Shown here piece by piece: positions 49,544 to 56,326 of a DNA stretch of 56,326 bases (positions within the stretch are counted from its first letter, which is position 1; every line of letters begins with the position of its first letter). The DNA lies in IMG/VR virus record IMGVR_UViG_3300006484_000005, positions 62,001 through 118,326 of that record; one strand, 5' to 3'. The position numbers and the translations under genes were made by a program. The notes beneath the pieces were generated by a model. It did no database searches. It saw only the letters and a list, made by a program, of their open reading frames with translations, and had not been told where the DNA came from. The stretch is from an uncultured virus (IMG/VR IMGVR_UViG_3300006484_000005) (taxonomy: Duplodnaviria; Heunggongvirae; Uroviricota; Caudoviricetes).

Positions 49544-51373
49544 TTATATATCTTGAATATTTGATTCATTTAGTATGGAAGGCTCTTCAAATACATTAGT
49601 TTTATTTATGTTAATACTTTCTAACATTTTTTTATTTTTTAAGTATTCAACTCTAGCATTCTCTAATGTCCAAGTAGCACCAGTACCTGCAGCCGCTTTT
49701 AATGGCTCGTGCATACCTTTCGACCCAATAGGGTCTTTACCTAATGCATGGTCTTGTGTTCCATAATCAGATACTTTTTCTTGTGGACGTCCTGCTTCTT
49801 TTTCATCATATCCAATAGGTACTTCACCGTAACGGCCTTTACCATATAATGAAGCTAAATCATGTGGCGTACCAAATGATGTACCTGAATCAACTGGATC
49901 ATTACCTTCGTTTTCAATTTGTGAAATACGGAATGAACGTTTTTTATCTTCAATTGTTTGATTACGGAACTCAGCGTATTGATCTTCTGAGAAGTGGAAT
50001 ATATTTTGGTAAATCCAATCAGTCGGCAATAATGATTTGTCCATTATATTACCAGCTAATTCAACTTTTTCCTTCCACAGAGCAATTTTTTCTTGCTCAT
50101 AAATGATAGATGGAGTAGTTAACGATAATTCAAAATTCGTTAATTCAGCATCATCAAATCCTTGAGTATATAAGTGAACTAAAGCAATTTTAGTTAATTC
50201 AGATACAACAATACGTTGTATGCGTTCTACTGTACGAGCAAAACGAATATCTTCAGAAGCAAGAGTTGCTTTACCAGTTAAATCTTTTTCGTATCCTAAA
50301 AACGCTTTTGGAACGCGTAATGCAGCAAATAATTTATCACGTAAGTAAGATACGTCTTCGATTGCTGTATATTCTAAGCCTTTTAAAGTATCTATTTTAG
50401 TAGTTGTATCATTTCCTCTAACTGGAAGATAAAAATCTTCAGTTAAATTCATCATATTATACTTTAAGTTATAATCGCCTGTTTGAGGATCAATATATGG
50501 AGTTTTCTTAATACGTTGTTTCATTTTCTCCATGTATCCATCTACTTCATTTGGAGCTATATTACCAATGTTTGTATAGAAAATACGTTTTTCAGGCGCA
50601 CGCATAATACGATGTATTAACATCGCATCTTCCATTAAAGTTAATTGTTTGAATATTTTACGACCTGGTTCAAGATATGAGCGGCCATAAGGTAAATAAG
50701 ATGGATCTGAAATTAATCTAAAGTGAGCTATTTCGTAGTTTTCAAAATAATCATCTTTATTTGTGTTTGTAGCGTATCCATAAGATTGATTTAAGTTAAT
50801 CTTAAAACGCACATATGATGGATTATTTGGATTAGATCCTTCTTCACGTTGAACATCATATACAGAGAATGGAAGTGCATTATATACACCAAATTTTTCT
50901 GCTATATCTAAATGTAAATAAAAATCACCATACTTACACATCGTTCTAATCCATGACCATAGATTAAATTCTACGTTTAGAACTTCATAAAATAAATTAT
51001 AAAGTACACGTTGTGTTTTATCGTTTGGAGATTTAATATGTAATACTTCACCCTGCTCGTTTTTTAGAGTAGCTTCATCAGCTATGATATCTAACGCTGA
51101 AGCAATGATAGCATCTGTATCCATTGCTTCATAGTCCGTGTAAAGTGAAGTACGTAATGTTTGGTAATTCATTAATGGAGTATATGACAATTTTGAATTG
51201 CCAGCATGAATCCGATTGAATCTATCTATTAATGAATTGGTTTGAATATTACCGTAAGTCTGTAGTCGGTCAACATCAATCGTACGTAATTGATTACCTC
51301 CTACATTTCTAATTATTACATCAGTGGAAAATAACCTTCTTAGTCGTCCGAAAAGACTAGTATCTATTGCCAT
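49544..51373 (-). CDS. Portal protein (T4 gp20-like)
   Basis: ALDIIADE, LMEDAMLIHRIMRAPEKRIFY, EDFYLPVRG and LFAALRVPK. Confidence 0.93.
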   Translation of the reverse strand: MAIDTSLFGRLRRLFSTDVIIRNVGGNQLRTIDVDRLQTYGNIQTNSLIDRFNRIHAGNSKLSYTPLMNYQTLRTSLYTDYEAMDTDAIIASALDIIADEATLKNEQGEVLHIKSPNDKTQRVLYNLFYEVLNVEFNLWSWIRTMCKYGDFYLHLDIAEKFGVYNALPFSVYDVQREEGSNPNNPSYVRFKINLNQSYGYATNTNKDDYFENYEIAHFRLISDPSYLPYGRSYLEPGRKIFKQLTLMEDAMLIHRIMRAPEKRIFYTNIGNIAPNEVDGYMEKMKQRIKKTPYIDPQTGDYNLKYNMMNLTEDFYLPVRGNDTTTKIDTLKGLEYTAIEDVSYLRDKLFAALRVPKAFLGYEKDLTGKATLASEDIRFARTVERIQRIVVSELTKIALVHLYTQGFDDAELTNFELSLTTPSIIYEQEKIALWKEKVELAGNIMDKSLLPTDWIYQNIFHFSEDQYAEFRNQTIEDKKRSFRISQIENEGNDPVDSGTSFGTPHDLASLYGKGRYGEVPIGYDEKEAGRPQEKVSDYGTQDHALGKDPIGSKGMHEPLKAAAGTGATWTLENARVEYLKNKKMLESININKTNVFEEPSILNESNIQDI

Positions 51374-51406
51374 ATTATTTTGTGTTACTCAATATGTAGT
51401 ATATGT

Positions 51407-51415
51407 TATAAATAT
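51407..51415 (-). promoter_or_regulatory. Putative late promoter motif ATATTTATA before the portal gene
   Basis: Exact motif, intergenic. Confidence 0.6.
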
Positions 51416-51434
51416 ACAAACATAACAAAGAAAT

Positions 51435-53006
51435 TTAAAGGAGCCAATTTAATGATTCTGTATTACCATAACTATCTTTCATCTGCCAAGGATTATCACT
51501 CATATATGTTCCTGAACTGATACCTGAAGATGCTATGTTGATTCCATTTAGTGATGCTTTAGTCATTTCTAATCCATTTTGGTGATATACTAATGCTGTA
51601 TCTCTGATGTACAAACCAAACGATAATGCCATTGTTAAGTCATCATTATACCCACCTTGTGCTTGTGCTTTGCCATGATCCCAAATGAATGTTCTTAGTT
51701 CTTCTAATTGGCGTTTAGAATAAAATACAAATTGCTTATCGCGTAATGAAGATTCTAATTTAGAAATAAATAATGGGCGTGTTTTAGATGAGTTAGTCAA
51801 TCCAGGAACGGTTTGATCATTTTCCATCTTGTACACAAAATTATCAATTGACATATCACCACCTTTAGGTGAGTGATATAAATTTGAATAACCACGTTCA
51901 ATAATTGAATTAATAACGTCCCATCCAATATTTGCATTTTCAATTACTAACAATGCTGAATTATATTCAATAGCGGCTGTAATTAAATTATTTGCAAATT
52001 CACGAGTACCGATTTTAGATTTAAATTCAGCTACTTGTTTATATGCTTTAGTTGCTATAATATGAAATGTTGAATAGTCACTTCCATCACCACGAGCAAC
52101 GTCAGCACACACAACATATGTTTCAGACGGATCTGGATATTCCCAAATCCAATAATCACCACCCATACCACGCCTCTCAACAGGATCTATAATGTGATTT
52201 TGCTCATAGTATTCTAGAATATCGTTTGTTACAACGTTATTACCAGAAGCTAAAAAGTCACATTCATATTCTTGGGCGATTTCTTGAGTACCCATATTTG
52301 CCTTTTCATTTTCAAACCATTGAGCATCACGTTCAGGATGTACATCCCAAGGTAATTTAATTGGTAAAAATGAATTTTCGTTATTTATAGCACCAACCCA
52401 AGTTTTATGGAACCAATTACCAATACCATTTGGTGATGATAATGCTATACACCCACCACCAGATGAAATTGTAGGTTTAATTGCGGTATAGATCCGATCA
52501 ATTCCATCAATAAAGGCGGCCTCATCAATTAGTAGTAACGATACAGCGTATGAACGACCAGCATCAGAAGCAGCTGATGATGCTACAATCTGAGATCCGT
52601 TAGATAATTTTAATGATAATTTATTATTTGAATCGGGTTTTTCTTTACCTTTAAGCCAAGCTGGTAATTGTTGGTACATAAATTGTACCTTATCTACCAT
52701 GTTTACAGCTGTTGATTGCTTAGTTGCAATACATAATACTGTTTTATCTTTATGGAACAACATTGTCCATAATGAAAAACCAGCAGCTAATGTTGATATA
52801 CCTAATTGACGTGATTTATTAATGATTGTATAATCATTCTTTAACCACAACTTCAGTACTTGTTCTTGGAATGGGTAGAGATTAAAATTTACACGTCCCC
52901 TAGTTGGGTGTTGTACCATACAGTACTTACGCATAAAGTGGATAGGATCTGTTAAACATTTAACATACTCCTGCCGCATTATGTCCTTTATACTTTGTTC
53001 GCTCAT
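51435..53006 (-). CDS. terL: Terminase large subunit (T4 gp17-like)
   Basis: LYPFQ, KSRQLGIST (Walker A), LLIDEAAF (Walker B), SSPNG, QEYEC.F, DVARGDG.DYS and NDDL.MA nuclease motifs. Confidence 0.95.
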   Translation of the reverse strand: MSEQSIKDIMRQEYVKCLTDPIHFMRKYCMVQHPTRGRVNFNLYPFQEQVLKLWLKNDYTIINKSRQLGISTLAAGFSLWTMLFHKDKTVLCIATKQSTAVNMVDKVQFMYQQLPAWLKGKEKPDSNNKLSLKLSNGSQIVASSAASDAGRSYAVSLLLIDEAAFIDGIDRIYTAIKPTISSGGGCIALSSPNGIGNWFHKTWVGAINNENSFLPIKLPWDVHPERDAQWFENEKANMGTQEIAQEYECDFLASGNNVVTNDILEYYEQNHIIDPVERRGMGGDYWIWEYPDPSETYVVCADVARGDGSDYSTFHIIATKAYKQVAEFKSKIGTREFANNLITAAIEYNSALLVIENANIGWDVINSIIERGYSNLYHSPKGGDMSIDNFVYKMENDQTVPGLTNSSKTRPLFISKLESSLRDKQFVFYSKRQLEELRTFIWDHGKAQAQGGYNDDLTMALSFGLYIRDTALVYHQNGLEMTKASLNGINIASSGISSGTYMSDNPWQMKDSYGNTESLNWLL

Positions 53007-53740
53007 TTAGTCCAGTTTTCTAATGCTTTTAAATATCCATCACCCATATGGTCCATTATATTTTTACCTGAAAATAATGCTTTAAGATATAACCAAAATG
53101 ATCTTAATGATGATTCTTTTTTTAATATATTACCATCTGTATCTAATCTTACTTGATAGTTTACGTGATGAAATCTAATATATGGTACGTGGGTTACTAG
53201 ATCATTTTTATGTACTACTCGTAGAGTATCTATACCACTATTATCGTAATTTTCCTTAAATACTTTATTGCCAACTCTTGGGCTGCCAATAGTTGTTGAT
53301 TTAATATTATAATGTGGATAATGTTTTTTTATTGAGTGTGCATATAATGTTGCTACTGCCCCACCTAAACTATGTCCACAAACTACAATATCTGTAGCTT
53401 CACCTTGTAAATTTTCTAATGCAGTATCAATTGCATCGTAAGTATCACCCACTACCGATTCCCAACAATATTTAAATCCAATATGAACCTTTTCTCCATC
53501 GTTTAAAAATGGTACTTTATCAATTGAAGCATCGTTTTGAAAATCCTTCTTTGATTCACTACCTCTCCATACAACATATATTGATTTATTTTTTGTTGCT
53601 ACAAATCCTTGTGTGTCTGATTTTTTATTTTCAATCCATTTAACAAATTCTAATCCGTATTCACCCCACTTAATTTCTTCTTGTTTAGAATAAGCTAATA
53701 CTGCTAATTTTGCGTTGTATAATGCTTCGTTTCTTGTCAT
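53003..53740 (-). CDS. Class 3 lipase (alpha/beta hydrolase)
   Basis: VVWRGS, VHIGF, GHSLGGA nucleophile elbow, GSPRVGN, DLVTHVP and C-terminal DH. Confidence 0.88.
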   Translation of the reverse strand: MTRNEALYNAKLAVLAYSKQEEIKWGEYGLEFVKWIENKKSDTQGFVATKNKSIYVVWRGSESKKDFQNDASIDKVPFLNDGEKVHIGFKYCWESVVGDTYDAIDTALENLQGEATDIVVCGHSLGGAVATLYAHSIKKHYPHYNIKSTTIGSPRVGNKVFKENYDNSGIDTLRVVHKNDLVTHVPYIRFHHVNYQVRLDTDGNILKKESSLRSFWLYLKALFSGKNIMDHMGDGYLKALENWTK

Positions 53741-53754
53741 AATGTAGTTTTGTA

Positions 53755-53763
53755 TATAAATAT
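53755..53763 (-). promoter_or_regulatory. Putative late promoter motif ATATTTATA before lipase-terminase
   Basis: Exact motif directly after a terminator. Confidence 0.6.
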
Positions 53764-53767
53764 ATAG

Positions 53768-53796
53768 AAAAAGAAAAGTCCGCTAAAAGCGGACTC
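53768..53796 (-). terminator. Rho-independent terminator
   Basis: Minus strand GAGTCCGCT-TTT-AGCGGACTT-TTCTTTT. Confidence 0.7.
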
Positions 53797-53827
53797 TCTA
53801 AATAAACAAACATTATTATGAAAAATC

Positions 53828-54763
53828 TTATATTTCTTCTTCTGCGTCTTCAGCACCAACGATAGCAGCAGCATCTCTAGTTTCTTTATCTGAAATTTTA
53901 GGTATACCGTATTTCTTTTTAGTGATACGGAATTTTTTAGCTAATTCTAAAGTAACTGGATCTTGTGTTTGAATCAATCCATCAGCGTATTGTTGAGCGA
54001 TTTCTTGTCCTAACTCATCATCATTATCTACCATAGATTTCATTTTATCAACATATTGTTGCTTTCCAGCAGCGTTATCAGCTTTACGATATGCTTCACG
54101 AGCACGTTTATAATCTAATGTTTTGGCAGCCAATTCAGCTCTATCAGTAGGTAACTGGTAATCTGGATTAGCTTGAGTAGCAGCAGTATACTCAATATCA
54201 CGACCGAATTTTGAACCACGGTCTTGAGATGGAGTAACCACACCAGTCGCTTTTTCAAATCCTGTTGACACATCTTTTTGCGAGGCACTAAATGGCAGTT
54301 CATCATATGATATTTTTTTCTTTCCAATTGCACCAATTACTAACGGACGAATAAAAGATTGTTGTGATGCATATTGACGATCAGGATTGGCTTCGTTATG
54401 AAACTTTAAAATATCCGTTGCTGTTAATGCTTCGCCTTTATCTTTTAATACTTTAACTATATCAACTAAACTTCTAAATTCTGATTTAGATAATTTACTT
54501 TGTACGCTTTCTAACTCACCTCTAAAATCTGGTTTTAATGAATATTTTACTTCAGCAGCACGAGCCATTTCTTTTAATTTTTGACCGCCTGCAGTTTCAA
54601 TACCTTTAACATCAGCATTACCTTTAATAGCATCTAATTCCTTAGTATCTTTATAAGAAACTGCTTCTCTACCTTTAGCAGTAGTAACAAATGCAGTATT
54701 ATCTTCACCCATGATTTCCTCACGTACTATTTTATTAATTATTTCTTTTAATTTATCTTCCAT
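53828..54763 (-). CDS. Hypothetical protein (possible internal head protein)
   Basis: 311 aa with N-terminal LKEIINKIVREEI helix; ATATTTATA motif upstream. Confidence 0.55.
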   Translation of the reverse strand: MEDKLKEIINKIVREEIMGEDNTAFVTTAKGREAVSYKDTKELDAIKGNADVKGIETAGGQKLKEMARAAEVKYSLKPDFRGELESVQSKLSKSEFRSLVDIVKVLKDKGEALTATDILKFHNEANPDRQYASQQSFIRPLVIGAIGKKKISYDELPFSASQKDVSTGFEKATGVVTPSQDRGSKFGRDIEYTAATQANPDYQLPTDRAELAAKTLDYKRAREAYRKADNAAGKQQYVDKMKSMVDNDDELGQEIAQQYADGLIQTQDPVTLELAKKFRITKKKYGIPKISDKETRDAAAIVGAEDAEEEI

Positions 54764-54804
54764 TATTTTGTTTTTTGAATAGAAATTGTCTATTATAAAT
54801 ATCG

Positions 54805-55329
54805 TTATTTTTTTAGTTCATTTAATATGATAGCAATTCTCTCCTCAGTACTACCTTTAATCTCAACTGTACGTTTTGGTTTATATGTTTGTAAGAACCA
54901 TTTAATAGATTTATCTATCCTATCCCGATACTCAGGATTAGTTTCTCTAATACCATTATTTTCTATATCTACACCCTCGGGCGATACATAAAAAATAATA
55001 TCGTATTGCTTAGCCAACAACATAGCCGCGTCAAATAATATCTCTTTTTCATTAGATTTAATCGACTTAGCCTCTTTAGTAAATGCACAAACATCATATA
55101 CTGTTCTGTCAGTTAATAGATTATCATTAAATAATTCACTCGCACGCTCAGCAATGAAAACCAACTGACCTTTAACACTAGAGTCAGTATTTAATGGGAT
55201 ACCTAAATCACTTAAATATTTAGATCGTTCAACACACCCAGTATAATCCTTAAACTCATCTAATTCTAATAATGCTTTAACCAATGTAGTTTTACCTACA
55301 GACATTGTACCTGCTAAACCTATTTTCAT
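54805..55329 (-). CDS. P-loop nucleotide kinase/ATPase (NadR/AAA_28-like)
   Basis: GTMSVGKTT Walker A, TDRTVYD and YD.IFYV...ENNGIRE. Confidence 0.75.
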   Translation of the reverse strand: MKIGLAGTMSVGKTTLVKALLELDEFKDYTGCVERSKYLSDLGIPLNTDSSVKGQLVFIAERASELFNDNLLTDRTVYDVCAFTKEAKSIKSNEKEILFDAAMLLAKQYDIIFYVSPEGVDIENNGIRETNPEYRDRIDKSIKWFLQTYKPKRTVEIKGSTEERIAIILNELKK

Positions 55330-55646
55330 CGTGCTAAACCTAATGTTAATGCTTTATTGTGACTAACTTCTTTACCATTCTTTGGATTGATGTATGTTCT
55401 ATGAGCAACAGGAATCCAATGATTATCTCTATGAGTATAATCAAGAATATGATTATATCCCTTAGGATAAAAACATTCTACCGATATAGGTCCGGATGGG
55501 TTTTTGTCTAGATCGTATGTCCATACATCTCTCGTACCATCTGCATGATTAAATTCACGAGTATATTTACGTTTTTGTGGTTGGATCACACCTTCAGTAA
55601 TTAACGTTTCACGATTTTTGGGTCTACCCCGTCTTTCTGTTTTCAT
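55326..55646 (-). CDS. Small protein with N-terminal AT-hook-like motif
   Basis: RRGRPK at the N-terminus; ATATTTATA motif upstream. Confidence 0.55.
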   Translation of the reverse strand: MKTERRGRPKNRETLITEGVIQPQKRKYTREFNHADGTRDVWTYDLDKNPSGPISVECFYPKGYNHILDYTHRDNHWIPVAHRTYINPKNGKEVSHNKALTLGLAR

Positions 55647-55692
55647 AATATTAATGTTTGTTTAATATAAATATAATTAGGAAACAAATATT

Positions 55693-56326
55693 TTACTCTA
55701 CTCCTGTTATTTGCTCTAGTATATCTCTTTGAATTAGTTTTTCAGCAACATAAATACCGTGTGCCCCTGATACTGTAATTCCACGAGCTGATAATGCATC
55801 ACCTACAAAATGTACATTAGGGTAGTCGTTTAATGATAAATCGTGGTAATTAACTAACGGTTCAGGTGATAAGTATTTAACTTCAGGAATATACATTCCC
55901 CAATCATCTCCAAATTCAAATATTTTATTCATATCTTGAATAAAATCCCAAACATATTTAAAATATCCATCAAGTGCAGGTTCAACTACATGAGCAAGTG
56001 TATCTAAACTAATTCGAGTAGCTGATACTTCATTACCTTCTGATGTTGTTGATGGAGTTCTAGATGGTGAGTAATATAATCCTGTTCCGTTTGATTGTAG
56101 TTTTTGTACTACATTTCTACTCCAAGCAAATGGATCTTCGATACCCTTAATTTCCATTAGGATACCGAAGTTAGTCATATTGTTCCGGAATTGTTCCCCT
56201 TTTTTCGCATGACCATTGTAAGTAACATCACCATAAGTTTCCTCAACGGCCACATAAGCAGCGTTATTGTTAGTGCAGAAACTACGAAGAGATACGTTAT
56301 CGAATTTCTGATAAAGTTTGAAATCA
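55693..56326 (-). CDS. FAD-dependent oxidoreductase, C-terminal part (5' end beyond the window)
   Basis: Frame open to the window edge (DFKLYQKFDNVSLRSFCTNNNAAYVAVEE...); C-terminal HFVGDALSARGITVSG..G FAD-binding motif. Confidence 0.7.
   Translation of the reverse strand, partial: DFKLYQKFDNVSLRSFCTNNNAAYVAVEETYGDVTYNGHAKKGEQFRNNMTNFGILMEIKGIEDPFAWSRNVVQKLQSNGTGLYYSPSRTPSTTSEGNEVSATRISLDTLAHVVEPALDGYFKYVWDFIQDMNKIFEFGDDWGMYIPEVKYLSPEPLVNYHDLSLNDYPNVHFVGDALSARGITVSGAHGIYVAEKLIQRDILEQITGVE

Noticed and set aside
3020..50106. All plus-strand ORFs in the track (e.g. 3474..3872, 11450..11995, 45252..45653)
   Set aside because: Antisense shadows of long minus-strand genes, with no recognisable motifs and no independent space
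43097..53006. Introns or inteins in terminase, portal or capsid genes
   Set aside because: ORFs are continuous with ordinary lengths and show no homing-endonuclease or intein-terminal motifs

Overview
AT-rich fragment of a large myovirus genome with a distantly T4-like morphogenesis gene set. Every credible gene lies on the minus strand. In transcription order (high to low coordinates): partial FAD-dependent oxidoreductase, AT-hook protein, P-loop kinase, class-3 lipase, terminase large subunit, portal, putative internal head proteins, prohead protease, scaffold, major capsid protein, PhoH, a PA14 protein and neck/tail-completion proteins. Next come about 14 kb of Ser/Thr/Gly-rich fibre genes (the last a collagen-like fibre with an S74 chaperone) and an accessory enzyme cluster (flavin-dependent halogenase, membrane protein, 2OG-Fe(II) oxygenase, GH130-like protein, TPR-FkbM methyltransferase). 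The window ends with tail sheath, tube, tail chaperone, tape measure, baseplate proteins, a minimal family-A polymerase, a gp32-like SSB and the start of a further gene. Start codons lack Shine-Dalgarno motifs, suggesting a Bacteroidota host (inference). Four signals stand out: (1) a start-less conserved-looking ORF reachable by a +1/-2 frameshift on a T7 run in the tail chaperone gene; (2) an ATATTTAT(A) motif upstream of 17 genes, the reverse complement of the T4 late promoter; (3) a pervasive [ST]-[GAS]-S tripeptide in surface virion proteins beside a modification-enzyme cluster, possibly a virion decoration system; (4) a ~60-aa module shared eight times among four fibre genes. All product calls come from motif recognition and synteny by eye; no database search was run.
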